Notes: generated from the letters alone by a model not told the origin. A DNA stretch of 64,000 nt from Takakia lepidozioides (GCA_030704615.1 CM060731.1:9486001-9550000); one strand, 5' to 3'. Counted from the first letter of the stretch, positions 13,331 to 26,257 are shown. Program-made: numbers and translations.

Positions 13331-14433
13331 CTGTTGGTGATTTTTTAAATATTTAAAACACAAAATTAGAACCGTTAGCACTGAAAACAGTCCCAAAAGA
13401 TAATAATTAAAAATTAAATATAAAATTCAGAATCAAAATATTTTATATTTTCACCTCAATAGAAAATAATAGTAAGAAATTCCGTCACATTCAGTTCCTT
13501 GCCTTTCATTTATTATTATTATTATTTTCTATTGAGGTGATTCTAATTTTTATATTAATTTTTGAGTATTAAGAACAATAATTCTGTTTTATAATCCTGT
13601 CCACATGGATATATTAGTTGTTTGTTGATTTCATTATTTATTTATTTGTTTCTTTTTTTAAGGCGTTGGCCATTTAGTTTTTATTTGAGGGGAAAAAATA
13701 AACCCCAATGCCATGAGGCAAAGATCACATCCAAATGGATGAGGGACGAGCCCGAGAACATACGCAGAGAGACTACCAAAACGGCTAATGCTTGGACTAG
13801 AATTGCATGGGGTCTAGTGGACAGGCGACCGTAGCCGATCATACCCCCTACATATTCCTGCCATGATGCTACATCATAAAAGTTAAAGTAACGTACCAGA
13901 TAGGACTGAAGGGCATAAACATAACCGTCGACCTGCTGAGAAAACTAAATTGAACGATCAGGAGAGATCGAGAAGGCCCATATGCATAGGAGAGCTCTAG
14001 CATTGATCGGAATGTAACTTCGTTGATCTCTTTCCTTTTATATGTCTCCAATTGATATCTCGATCGAAGTCAGACGATTCAGGGCAGTGGCGCGTTGAGA
14101 TTCCTCCAGCGTTGCGGGATAGAGCTCCAGATGCAAATGGTTGGTGCAGGATTTGTTCAATTAATAATTGTAATGTAAAAGGGGGGAAAAAAAAAAGGCA
14201 GGAAGGTAAGACCTATTAATTAGGGAATGGTTCATGGTTAGATTGGGGTAAGCAGGCGTGGTGGTTTCTAGGAGTGACCTATGTTAGGGCAGCCTTCTAG
14301 AAGGTCCCACCGCTTGAGGGTCGGCGGCCTTCTAGAAGGGTCCCGCCGCCGCCTCAGGGTATATGAAGAGAGCCTGGTTCTCTTTCCGTGCATCTTACTA
14401 TCTATTCTTATTACTTACTACTTACTACTTATT

Positions 14434-14510
14434 AGTACCAAGGGGGCTCTGCAGAGGCAGGGTCCCAAAACAAGTACCAAGGGGGCTCTGCAGAGGCAGG
14501 GTCCCAAAAA
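14434..14510. repeat. Tandem duplication of about 38 bp
   Basis: AGTACCAAGGGGGCTCTGCAGAGGCAGGGTCCCAAAA occurs twice in tandem. Confidence 0.9.
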
Positions 14511-14689
14511 CAAATGCAAACCATGACATAATAAATAGAAGTAGAGGTAATGATGAATAACCCCCCCTTGGACAATAAGAATAATGTAAGAACTTAATGA
14601 ACGTGTGTGATCTGATGGTAATATTGCCAAAATTGCCAGCAATGACTCTTTGCCACAGCAGGAAGAAGTTAGCAACCAACTACCAAACC

Positions 14690-14925
14690 CAGTGGCCCGT
14701 CTCCTTGGGGCCTCCAGATTGTCGGCTATGAGCAAACCCTCAGGTACTGGCATCCGCCGTATCGCAGTTGGAGAGGTTCTTTACCGCCTTGTCAGCCGCT
14801 CACTTTGTCTTCAGTTTCGAGATGCCTTCTCCGGACGCCTCTTTCCGCACCAGTTCGGGGTCGCCACTCCAGGAGGTTGCGAGGCGGTGGTTCAAGGGAT
14901 TCGTGCAGCTCTTGATCTTCATCCG
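14690..14925 (+). mobile_element. CRE-like non-LTR retrotransposon RT fragment
   Basis: KPSGTGIRRIAVGEVLYRLVSR...PHQFGVATPGGCEAVVQGIRAALDLHP matches the RT domain 1-2a pattern of CRE-type elements. Confidence 0.7.
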
Positions 14926-15707
14926 GAGACCAAGGTGTCACTGGACCGGCTGTGGCGGTACCTGAAGGAGGCAGAGCTGCCGGCGGATAGTGTGGAGAGA
15001 GAGGATGGTGTGGATTCAGACCTGGCTGTTGAGATTGATGAAGGGGAGTTTAGCTGGGACGCATCCACAAGAGAACGCACCCTCACTAGGGTCAACCTGC
15101 AGATCAGAAAGGGAGACACGGTAGCAGTTTGTGGGACAGTCGGGGCTGGAAAATCCAGTCTTCTAGCCTGCATGCTAGGAGAAATTCCCAAGCTTGCTGG
15201 AACAGTAAGCTCCCAATCTACTCTACTGTAAACAGTCAGGGTTGAAATCCAAAGGATGGGTTTGATTTGGTTGTCTTGCAATAACATCATACAGTAGGTG
15301 AATTTATGCTGAGGCGGGCGCAATGTCTGTCATCCTCTATGATGTGTTAGAAGTGCAACTCCTAAGCTCTTTCCGATGGTTGGCAGGTGAGGGTGAGGGG
15401 GAGCACTGCATATGTAGCTCAGTCTGCATGGATCCAGAGCGGCACAGTTGAGGCTAACATACGTTTTGGGAGTCCCATGGACTTGGCCCGATATGAGACT
15501 GTGCTGCAAGTCTGTGCCCTCAAGAAGGACTTGGAGTTTTTTTCTTTTGGTGACCAAACAGAGATAGGAGAGAGAGGCATCAACTTGAGTGGTGGGCAAA
15601 AGCAACGAGTGCAATTGGCTCGTGCTTTGTACCAGGATGCCAATATCTACTTTCTGGATGATCCCTTGAGTGTTGTTGATGCTCACACAGGATCCCATCT
15701 TTTCACA
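14926..15707 (+). pseudogene. ABCC/MRP transporter fragment (NBD1; exons 14926-15204 and 15387-15707)
   Basis: KVSLDRL, Walker A GTVGAGKSS, signature [27 protein letters not shown], Walker B-like [19 protein letters not shown] intron 15205-15386 and the next donor at 15708. No flanking ABCC exons. Confidence 0.88.
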
Positions 15708-15859
15708 GTAAGAGGCACGGTCCTTTTCACCTGTACAGAAAGAAACCGGTAGGGATACGGCCAGCAGCAATAAATGAGCAAATCTGAAATAGCTAAGAGA
15801 AGCCACTAGCAGAGTCATGTGGAGAGAAACATTCGCATAAGTGCTCATACATGAGACCG

Positions 15860-16300
15860 GAAAGACCTGCCGCTGCAAGATGGGGACTGCGCGTGAAGGC
15901 CTGAGTGAAGACCTCCCGATCTAGCTTGAGATCCTGGCTCGAAGTCCTCGACAAAAAACGGCATAAGATCCTGAGCTGATGGGTGAAGGGCTTCGAGGGC
16001 AGTGACAGTATCTGGTGATGGAGGCGCTGGTGAGGAAGGTGCTAAAGCCTTGGCCGCACGTGAGTACTCGCCAACGCAGCCTAACATGAGACTATGACGA
16101 AGTCGCCTGTGGGCCGATGAGGGTGGCTGCGTGGAGGAAGCAAGAGGGGCGCGTGCCGCAAGGGATGAAGCACGAGGACAAGAGAAGAGACAATGCTCGA
16201 TCAATTCGTCAATTGACAGAGAGCAGAGAGGGCATAGAGGGGAGGGGGAGGCAATGGCAAAGGCAACTGGGAGAATCCTGTTGGTAGTTTTCCACACGTT
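15860..16300 (-). mobile_element. Chimeric LINE fragments (L1-like zf-RVT joined to a CRE-like pre-RT region)
   Basis: LCPLCSLSIDELIEHCLFSCPRA, followed by GEYSRAAKALAPSSPAPPSPDTVTALEALHP. Confidence 0.6.
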
Positions 16301-18204
16301 TAAGCCACTGGGAACGAGGGCGGGGGCCCTGTCAAATCATCCCCACCCTATCTTACCTCGGTTTCATTATTAAATACTTAAGAATCCAAATGGGTGTCAT
16401 CCTGTAGTGGGTAGTGTAATGATAAGGTGATAGCATTATAGGTGGTGAGGTTCCAGGTTTGCTTCTTGATGGGAGGCTCTTTACTGTAACCGAGTATTAG
16501 TATTCCAATCAGTGTAATCCTCTGGAACCCCAGTCCCTCATATAACTCTGGTTAGTCCATTTTGGACTCAGTCGAATTTCGAGAGCAGGTGTGAGTTACA
16601 CTTCATTCTGTGTAACCCCGAGTGGAGAACACACCTCGTCGTGTAACCCAATGTAACCCCAGCGGAGTTACACACCTCGTTGTGTCACTCTCAAGAGAGG
16701 GTCGGGAAGGTTTGGCATGCCAGAAACCGGCGTACCATCCTGTCAGATGCATTAAGTTCTTACATTATTCCTATTATCTGTGTATGGTTTATCTTATATA
16801 ATCCTTGCAAATGCCAAGAGAACAACAAAATTCTTCATTCACTGAAACATTCATGAATATTTATCACATGAAATTTTAATTTAATTCGCCAAAATATCTA
16901 CTATTATACAATAAGATTCAACTGTTTATCATTTTTGGACAAATAGTATCCCGCACAGAACCAAGAATGCATTATTAATAATAATATATTTAATATTTTT
17001 ACAATTTTAAAAAGAATGATGATGTCTTTCGAAATAAGCATAAATCATCTTTTCATCGATTATTGTCAACTAACTGTTCCGCTTTTGTATTTTGAATTTT
17101 TAAAATTTTGTAATTTTTATTCCAATAACATTGGGACTGCCAGCACTAGCCTTCCAATTTTGTAATTAAGAGACCAGGACTCAGATCTCACTAGTGGATG
17201 GAGGAAGAGGAAGAGCTCCGCAAGAGCGGTGTGTGTAAGCTTCGCAGACAGCCTCCACACCTCTTCAACCCTAGCACTCGGACTCCCCTTCTTCCCCACT
17301 ATCAACTCTAAGTCCCAAACAAGCCAATGCAGTACCTCACGAATCATCCCGAACATCATAACTCGGTATCTTCGGCAGACCCCATCCCTATCACCGGATC
17401 TAACCGGTTGTCATGACGAGCCTATCTATCTTCATCAGAGTCGCATGCTTAGCCGTTGCTTCTCAGTTCATCTCTATTAATTCTCCCTAAAGCGCAGCCG
17501 CTAAGTACACAAGTCCCCCCCCTAATCTCCTGCCAAAACATCCTGGCCAATCTGATCCCTACCTTTTTCATCATGGAAATGATCAATGCCAGCCTCTGGC
17601 TTCAGTTTCCTAGGAGCCGCCTTCACTAACTCACCCCTAAGCCCCTACCCGCGCTTCGTTGCTGCAGCTGATCAGCTTGGGCCTCGTTTTTCAGCCGACG
17701 CCTTTCCTCCAGTCTTTCTTCACTGCTTCCTCGCCCGGCTAAGCCTAAGGTGCCTGCAAGTTCGCTTTTGCTTGCATCTGGCTAGCATATTCTTGTTATC
17801 TGGTTTCCTCTCAATTGCCCTCCCCTCCTTCTCCTCTAGCTCCATCTCCTGTTGCATCTGCTCGCTTCCCCCCCATGGCGCCCTTCCTTCACAAAGCCTT
17901 CAATTCGGCAACCCATCGCCCAAGTCAAGGCCCTAGGTTTGCGGATCCCCGTAGACTCCACCCGTCAACGGGGACAGGTTTCTTCATTGCACATCAAACG
18001 CATTCCAAGGGCCTCATTGCGCACAGTTCTTCTCAGGCAAACCGTCCCCCACCTCAGCTCGCTCCAGGCCCTCCCCTGAGGCCCCCCATTCACAATGCTG
18101 TTGCATAGATCTCTTCCGGGCCCCACTCAGTTTCCCCGAGCCCGCCCATTCCAGGCAGCCCGCCCACAGATCTCTCGGTAGATTCCCCTTCAGACTCCAC
18201 TGCC

Positions 18205-19150
18205 TTGCAGTCTGCAATTGCCAGGGACCACCCACTCGTCCCAGTGGAGCTCGACCAGATTGACTCAGATGCAGCTCAATATGAGAACAACGGTATCCTT
18301 CTTCATTTCCCAGGCAAGAAAGTGACTAGAAACCATGCGCGAGACTCGGCTAATCGTCATCTGGGTGCATCAGGTGACTTGCTTCATCACTTTTGTCATG
18401 CAAGAGGCCGTGGATTCTTCTCCATTCTTTTTTATTCCAAAGAGGCAGCGGATAAAGCCCGAGCGTTCAATCCTCATGTGCATGGGCTTAATGTCAATAT
18501 TTTCCCATGGTCCAGATGCATGGGAAACAAGAATGGCAAGATATGGAGCCGAAGGATCATATTGTTGCCTTACATTCCTAACCAATACCTCTTAAGCCTA
18601 CCGGCTATAGGCAATTATTTTGGTGCTTTTTTGGGATGTTTGGCGGTGCACGGAAGCACCGAAATTATTCAAAATTCAGCTCCTACCACAGATCCCCACC
18701 CAGGAATTCCAATCAATCACAAGGAGTTCTCTCTATATCACCCACTCTCGCTAAAGAAAGTTGACCAGAGGCCTGCCCTTGATCGGAGCAACCATGCCTG
18801 GGATTGTGCAGTCAATCAGATTTCCATCTCCCCGCCAACAAAGAAAAGAAGGCAAATTGAGGACCCTATGGTCATTGAGGCCTCCTCTGCACCAGCTTCC
18901 AAATCCCACAGGGGCAAGGGCCCCATCATCTCAGAACTCCAAGCAGCAGGCATCCAAGGGTCTTCTACTTCAGACATCCTCAAAGCCCACCTTCCAGCAA
19001 CACTTCCCTCAATGCCTACCCCCACTCCAATTCCAGGGATTATCAGTTGGGAGATGGAACAGGCCAAGAACAAAGGGAAAGCATGCCCCAACATCATCAC
19101 CAGGCAACCAGTGGAGCAGGTATATACACCACTTCGTCGCCCCTCACCGT
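18205..19150 (+). mobile_element. L1-like LINE ORF1 (DUF4283-like RRM), cut by the inversion breakpoint
   Basis: GRGFFSILFYSKEAADKA...NIFPWS...LPAIGNYFGAFL pattern. The frame appears to continue on the minus strand at 36732-36620 (SSLPGPSIDYIPQIGLSPVEEG...). Confidence 0.65.
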
Positions 19151-20960
19151 TGGCACATAACCCTACAATTGCCAATCGCAATCATGGTTGCCGAGAACAG
19201 TGGGGCTTGACACACAGAGGTGGCTGCCCCCAACAACACACCGGCTGCACTAGCCTTGGCAACAGGTGTCAGTGCTGCACGTATAGCTCTCCCCAATGGC
19301 ATAGTAACCTCCGCCTCGGTAACAGTCGAGCGAAAACTAGGTGCCATGGATGGCGTCGACACTGTCTCCGCCAATGTGAATGACTGAGGAAGCCTCGCCT
19401 GACGGTTTGCCTCCCCACGCTGTGGATCCAATTCCACCTCTGCACCTCGTGACTCAGGAACTCGTGATGCTCCTCGAGTCACGGCTGCAGCAGACTCCAC
19501 TTGCTCTAGTGGTAGCGCTGCTCCGCACATGAATCCCATGCCTCCCATATCTCCTCCCTTAGGAGCAGGAGGTGGACCATCCTGCCTGGGAGCCGGTACC
19601 GCCTGAGCTGTAGCCATGGCAGCGAGCCTCTGCTCTAGCTGCTGAAGCCGGTTGGCCATGCCTTGGTCAACACCCTGACCTCCGCGTCCTTGGCCATGTT
19701 GAGCTTGCCCTTGGCCTGCACCTCGTGCCCGACCACCTCGTCCTCTCTGGGCTGGTCCACCTCGCCCCCGGCCACCATTGTTCCCTTGGAACTGGCCTGG
19801 GCGCAACTCAGGATGCAAGTCATAACACTGGGCATCTCCATGCCCATACTTGCCACAATGCCCACACTGCAACTGTGCAGGCTGTGTTTGTGCCGGCCTT
19901 TTGCCACTCTCTGGGCAATCTCTCTTGACATGGGGTCCTCCACATGTCCAACATATCACCCTTGGTTGCTGTTGGCCTGCAAAAGATGCCACGGGCCTTT
20001 GCACCTGAGGTCCCCTATAAGCTCCATGGAACTTGGGTTGGGAAACCTTGCCCCCCTGACCACGCTGTTGGGCAGTCCCTTGTGCCTGTGGGCTGGCAGC
20101 TGCGCCTCGTGCAGGCATGTTTTGGCCAAATCCAATGGTAACAACTCGCTCCTCCACCATGTTGAGCTCAATCCGCTCAGCCAGCAGAAACACATCTGCT
20201 AATATGGGTTGGGCTGCTTGTAACAGGGTTGCATCTCGCACCCTTCGCTTGAGCTCTTTGTCCATAATTCCATACCAAAACTGGATTGCCTGAGCTTCAG
20301 TAACCCCTTGGGTCATACTTATCAAGCGCCTCATACGAGTGTACGCCTCTCGCAGGCTCTCACTGGGTTCGCGCTGGAAGTCTTACAAACTCGCAGCTTC
20401 TCAGTCCGTACACCTTGGTAGTTCCTCCGCAACTCCTGGAAGAACTCCACCACCGGGTTGAATCTAGGCACATGTGTAGTAGTCGTGGCAGGAGGAGTAG
20501 TAGCACCTTTTGAACTGGTACCACCTGCAAAAGTACCGGCACTACTTGTTCCACTAGTAGTGCTGGCAGTGGGAGATATTGGTACTGATGCAGCTACTGG
20601 TCGCGTCGTGCCTTGAGTAATGGAGACGTAGTCAGATGAATCACACCAGCTGTCAAACTCCTGGATATCCAACTCGATTGTGCCCACAGCTCCAGAGTAC
20701 CTACGAGGCCCCTTGGTAGCTCCATACATCTCCTCCATGTCATCCCACAACAACGGCGAATGAAACTGCACACCTGTTGAGGAAGCCTCCGAGTCTGTGT
20801 CTGACTCTGCACTAGTTGAGGGTGGAGGTGAAGGTGGTCTGAAACGAACACCTCGTCTGGTGAACCCACTCTCACTGCTACTGCCACTGCCTGTAGCCGT
20901 ACTCCCCTCAGAACCCCTGGGTAACTCCGTGATGACACTCACAATGTGCACCTCCTCCAC
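19151..20960 (-). mobile_element. gag of the PHD-Gypsy element (frameshifted)
   Basis: Gag-like EFFQELRRNYQG...AIQFWYGIMDKELKRRVRD, zinc knuckles CWTCGGPHVKRDC and CGHCGKYGHGDAQC, and an RGG-rich tract. Frameshift near 20385. Confidence 0.85.
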
Positions 20961-21396
20961 GTGACATTATATGCATCCACCGCAAGAACTCCTATGGTTG
21001 GCTGGTCATCAACCCAGTCTCACCATAGAAGAAACACTGGTGGTCTTGCTGGTCATCACTCACTCCAGCCTCACCACCGACAGCATACTCTAGGATTGAC
21101 CCGGTGATCAAATCCGGCCTAATCCCCTATGAAAGCAAGCGCCCACACAAAACCAACATGGCGCACAGTCAAGCATGCAGGTGTTGGGGGGGATCAACAC
21201 AAGAAATCAAAACATCAACACCCCCACACCAAAATCCATCTGCAATGTTGATTCTGCAGAATATCCCAGCCCAAAACCCCAGACTGACTGGCCTCCACCA
21301 AGAGAGGCTTTGGCAACTACAAGTACAAAATAATGAAAATAGTAAAGAGATGGAGGGAAAGAATAGAAGCCCGACCAAACAAGTTCTAATCCTGAT

Positions 21397-22122
21397 CTAT
21401 GCTATCAACTGCCAGACTTCTCTCAAAGTGCCTCGCTCTGCATGATGGTAAGGTGTAGGAGGTATATCTATGTCCAGAAACCTGCCACTAACCTTGTCCC
21501 AAGCTACAGTAGCTCGCTCTAACCAACCCTCCTCCTCTTTCTGCCAGGTAGAAACAAAGCAATACTCCCCTATCTCCTGCTCAGTAAACACTAAAGAAAA
21601 CAAAGGTAGGGTCTGATAGTCTCTCAACTCGAAAGCTTTGAGACGGTTGCGGGTATCCTCATTGCGAATGACTGCATCTCCTTCAAGCAAAACAAACTTG
21701 TCATTGCTAATGAACCCCCGCTCATGGTTGCCTTGTGTAGAGTGTGTCCGGCTGCAACCATGTCTGATTGCACAAACTTGTGTAGCTCCTGCTCCTCTGC
21801 TCCAGTACACCACAACCTTGTGGCTGAACACCTTGGTCCCTGGGGCTGTCTTTGGTTGTGTTCCAAGCCTAGCTTCCACCCACTTTGGTATTTCACTTAC
21901 AGCTGCAGAACTGCTGGCTCCAACAGAGTTCTGACTGTCCAAAGTAACATTGAGGCCCTCAACGCCAACTACAACAGTTTGTTGTATATTGCTAATGCCT
22001 GACTCCCAGTATGCAATCAACTCGTCCAACTGTTCTCCACTCAAATCAGTCTGAGTTCCTTGAGAGACATAAATCTTGTCCCTTTGGGTGCACAGGCTAA
22101 AGAGAAGAGACCTGCCCTTCAA
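21397..22122 (-). CDS. Unknown 241-aa ORF in the Gypsy leader, upstream of and co-oriented with gag
   Basis: Long open frame with globular composition lying between the 5' repeat/PBS and gag; no recognised domain and no clear ATG. Confidence 0.45.
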   Translation of the reverse strand: MKGRSLLFSLCTQRDKIYVSQGTQTDLSGEQLDELIAYWESGISNIQQTVVVGVEGLNVTLDSQNSVGASSSAAVSEIPKWVEARLGTQPKTAPGTKVFSHKVVVYWSRGAGATQVCAIRHGCSRTHSTQGNHERGFISNDKFVLLEGDAVIRNEDTRNRLKAFELRDYQTLPLFSLVFTEQEIGEYCFVSTWQKEEEGWLERATVAWDKVSGRFLDIDIPPTPYHHAERGTLREVWQLIA

Positions 22123-22979
22123 TTACGTCCTCATTTCCCCCAGCCATACAAGGAGAACATCCACAGATTTGACTCTCATATAGACCAGAACAGGTTCTAG
22201 AAACAGAATTGTGGGTCTTTCACGGCACACTCACACTCTAAAAATTCCATAGATTTTTAGCAGAGTCCCAAAAACTAAAACCAGATCGAGATAGGTAGAT
22301 TTCCCCTTTTCTGCAGCTATCCCCTCAAAAACTGAGTCAAACAGAGCCCATTTGACAAAGATATGACCAATTTGGCTCTAAATCATTTAAATTAAATCAA
22401 AGGTTTTTTTTTTTTTTTAAAGGTTTTCAAATTTAAAAATTTAAAGTTACACCCAAAATATCTGGTAACTGGTTCCCGGTTCCCTAAGTTCTATATGGTT
22501 TCCTAGGTTCCCTGGCCACGTGCCTGCTGTTCCCCTCCATTTCATTTGAGTTCAACAGCTCACCATGCTTTGGAATCCCAACCGTCTTCTACCACAAACC
22601 GTGGTGACGATGGAGGTCGTGGAGCTCATTTCCCCTTAGCAACACCTCACCTTGGCACCCTCACAAGTTTCATTGACGTAAAGCTGGCAAGCAAGTTCCT
22701 GCAAAGCCATTGTGAAGGATCTTTAAAGAACTCCAGTCAACACTGTTCCATGCTCCAGTGCTGACGTACATGCCAGATATTCAAAAGGGCGAATTCTTCC
22801 CTGCCGGGGCGATTCTTCCCAGGGAACCCTCGAGAGACGAGTCCCCTGCGCACTTGATATACACTCTCTTAATAAAGATCAAAATCAGCAAGGAGACACC
22901 ACTGACGACACCCAGAGACCAGAGACAAGTACTTGCGCAGTCCGGAGGCCACAGCATCCCCTCTGGACACTGAGCGGGA

Positions 22980-24620
22980 AATAGCTACTACACAGCAGCT
23001 CGGTCTATCCTCAGCTCCTATACCTACTAGTTTCCTGCCCCTGCTCCTCCTTCTTCACAGAAAGGCGATTCTTCCCATTATAGGCCCCTTTCTTCGACTA
23101 GATTACTAGGTGCTGGTCAAGCCTGTTCCACCAGAGTCTCTCAGCCTCCGCATCTCTAGAGCAAATGGTTCCTCCCTTGCCCCACGAGCTGTCAAACTGA
23201 CGGGCAGTTGGTCCCTTCGACCACTGCTACACCTGCAAATAAATGATTCCAAACAAAGGATGCAAGGGGGCAGTCCACCAGGCAGTGATCAATTGTCTCC
23301 GATGCCTGCGCATGGCAGGAGGTACGCTGTGAAGGTGTCCCAGGTAAATGGGCACGCACCGGTAAGATTCTGTTGACCAGCTTCCACAAGAAAGCACTGA
23401 TTTGCAGGCCTATCCTAGCCCAAGATATGGAACAATCAGGCAAGTAGGACCATTTCGTGGACCATTTGGCATTGAAATTCATAGTAGGTCTAAGGAGAGA
23501 AGCTCCCAATTTGACAGTGTACTTGAAAAACGGGCTGTGTTTATTGTCTTTCCACACCCACTCCCCGGGATCAAATTGGCGAAGGTAACTGGTGCCTAAA
23601 GGAACCAATGCAGGAAGGGGTTGGTGTGTAGGCCGTTCATGAGAGAAGGGTCCACCTGGCCTGTTGCTAAGTAGAAAAACCTGATAGCATAGTATGGATT
23701 TTCCGGAATGTCAGAAAAGATTGGCCCGAAAAGGGAACCCGAGGGCCTGACCTTGAACTTCCAACCCTGCAGCAAATGGCCATTGCGAGAGAAGAGCAAA
23801 CAATGCAGACTTGCTGCCCTGCAAATCGGAACTAACCCAAGCCGGGAGAGACCTAATATTACATGGAAAGGAAGCCGGTCCCACTCATGCTGGCGGAATA
23901 TCGTTGGTCACCAAATCCCAGCCAGCGCGGGCCCTTCGCTGGGAGAGGGCAGGAGTAACTTCAGATAAAGAAAGCAGTGTCTCGTTATCCCAGATATGAG
24001 AGAAATGGCTAATGTTGGCCGCCTCCCATGGGCCCATCGCGCCGAGCCATCGCGCAGGCAGACAGTTCAGTGGTCACTGCAAGACTCCATCACCAAGAAC
24101 TTGGGGCCAACTTGGCCAATTTCTACACTCATGCCAACCTGGTTCTTGACAAGCTGTCGTTCCCGCCAAGTAAAATCATCAGCTCTGCAGGTCACGGTGA
24201 ATCCAGCAACGCAAGCCAGAATGGGCTACAAGCCAATGGCCCTTCTTGAGCTGCAACACAACGGACCACACAAGTTGGGCACGACTGGCCTACTGGGTGC
24301 TCAGCCTGCCCCAACGCTCAGGCAGCAAGGCTGCCAGGGCCTCCACGCGCACCCGCCACCACAAATAGGGATAACTCCACCCCAAACTGTTTGCACTTCG
24401 TGATCCAGCCACTGCCACCCACTCCCGACTGTTTTGGGTCCGAATCCAAAAGCTTACACGAGTCTCGTCTCCCTTCGTCAAAGTGAAAGATAGTAGGGAA
24501 TTGCGGGGCCAACTATCAAAGTCTTCAACCTCCACACCTCTTGGTTTTCAAACTCACGAGCAGAGACGACAACTAGATCTGCGCGCATAGCCCATGGCAA
24601 CAGCAGGGCCAGATGGACTC
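22980..24620 (-). mobile_element. 5'-truncated L1-like LINE (post-RT region and zf-RVT) inserted in the Gypsy leader
   Basis: ISAFLWKLVNRILPV...ETIDHCLVDCPLASFVWNHL. Boundaries are approximate. Confidence 0.7.
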
Positions 24621-24693
24621 CTGCCCCAATATATATATTATAATAGTGCTAAAACAAACATTGTATCTAGCTTAGCACTAGAAAACTAGATAG

Positions 24694-24709
24694 GCTCATC
24701 TCTCTCGAC
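24694..24709 (-). promoter_or_regulatory. Putative self-priming primer-binding site
   Basis: GTCGAGAGAGATGAGC directly follows the terminal CA of repeat A1. 15 nt of it are perfectly complementary to a sequence inside A1 (24901-24915). No TGG-type tRNA PBS is present. Confidence 0.6.
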
Positions 24710-25065
24710 TGATAGACAAAACTAGAAACACACTGTTCACACAAGAAACAACATGAATCAAACAACATCACTCTTTAAAATAGAAGTCGAGCCAGGGGCA
24801 CCCCAAGCTATGGGGACTCCACCCCACAACAACCTATCCTCCCATCATAAGGACACTCAGCTTCTAAACGCATGAAGGAGCTCGGTCGCGCAGGCTCAAC
24901 TCGAGAGAGATGAGCTGCGCGACTGACGCTCTCGTGAAGATAAGACGGTTCAGGTGTCAAACTAAACTTGACACCTGATTTAACACTTGACCTAAATCCA
25001 AGTGTTAAATACAAATAACTAGCTTTATTCTAGTTAGTTTCACACTGTGCTTATTTAACTTGACA
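24710..25065 (-). repeat. 5' terminal repeat A1 (356 bp, TGTCAAG...CTATCA) of the PHD-Gypsy element
   Basis: Reverse complement of 40079-40434 with about 4 mismatches by eye. Flanked by AGCA (25069-25066 on minus), the same 4-mer found at 40521-40524. Confidence 0.92.
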
Positions 25066-25319
25066 TGCTCTCTTCGCTCACTATTGCAGAACTCTCTATG
25101 AAGAGTGCATGAAATAGAACACAAATCAAGTTTGGAATGCAAAATAGGGGAAAAACTGTGGTTTTGGGTCCAAATGAATTTTGATCGCTCCCAAATTTGG
25201 CACGCACATTGCATATGGCTACATTACACGCCCCATTCAAAAATGGAATGAAAAAAAAATTGTGAGCACGCGAAACACAGTCCAACAGGTCCCAAAGCAA
25301 TAACAACTCCAACAGAATA

Positions 25320-25680
25320 CATTCAACGGGTGAACGGATGGTTGCCCATCCAAATCATTTTTGTTAGCTTCCAAACTTTGCCAGCACGTTCTAGACACCT
25401 TCTCACAGGTCCCGGACTAATATCAGATCAATCGAAATTCATTCAATGGCTCAACAGATGGTTGGCCATCGAAATGATTTTGGTTTGCTTTGAGACTTGG
25501 CCACTATGTTCAATGTGCCATGTAAGAGGCCCCAGAGTAATATGAGATCAATCGAAATTTGTTCAATGGGCCAACGGATGGTTGCCCATCCAAATGATTT
25601 TCCTTCGCTTTGAAACTTGGCCAGTGTGTTCAATGTACCTCTGATACGTCCCAGTGTAATATGAGATCAATCGAAATTAT
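25320..25680. repeat. About 120-bp tandem repeat array, ~3 units, internal to the hAT
   Basis: Recurring TCAATCGAAATT...GGATGGTTG.CCATC.AAATGATTTT unit; same family in opposite orientation at ~40900-41320. Confidence 0.8.
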
Positions 25681-26257
25681 TTTGTGCTTTGAGAACTTTG
25701 TGGGTATGTTCGTAGAAAGATCATAGATTTTGCGAAATGATTATGAAATACGTAGGGACCAGGCGAACTTTGTTTGGAAGAGGACCGTTCGTAACTCGTT
25801 ATAACTTATTTGTTAACATCAATTTTCCTTGTTCTCCAGCTTTCGGAGTTCATTGCAAATACCCATATACACGTCATGACCAAATTGACACCATTGTAAA
25901 TTTGTTTACAGGGTGAACTACTTCTTCCCCATCACACGAGTGTAAATGTGAAGGAAACGCTGCCCATGCAATTGAAATTGGCAGGTGCTGCATATGTGCA
26001 TTATGTATTAACAAAATTGGTGATATACAAACTTGGCGGAATGTCATCACTGTGTTTTCCAACAATATTCAAGGTACAACAAAATGCATATGTATATGTA
26101 CTATGCTGTCAGTCATTCAAAGCCTAGTCGTCACTGTCCGGAGGATGTGAATTTGAGATGTGGCCTGATTTGCACTGTCAATTGCCAAAGCTTGCGACCG
26201 TGACTCCAGTGGTCAATGAGGGACCCATGTGGCATGTGATCATTCTGGCCTGCATCC

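Noticed and set aside
14926-15752. Functional ABCC transporter gene
   Set aside because: Only part of NBD1 is present, with no transmembrane exons on either side.
18205-19383. 392-aa ORF as a real protein
   Set aside because: The part after 19150 is antisense gag read across the inversion breakpoint.
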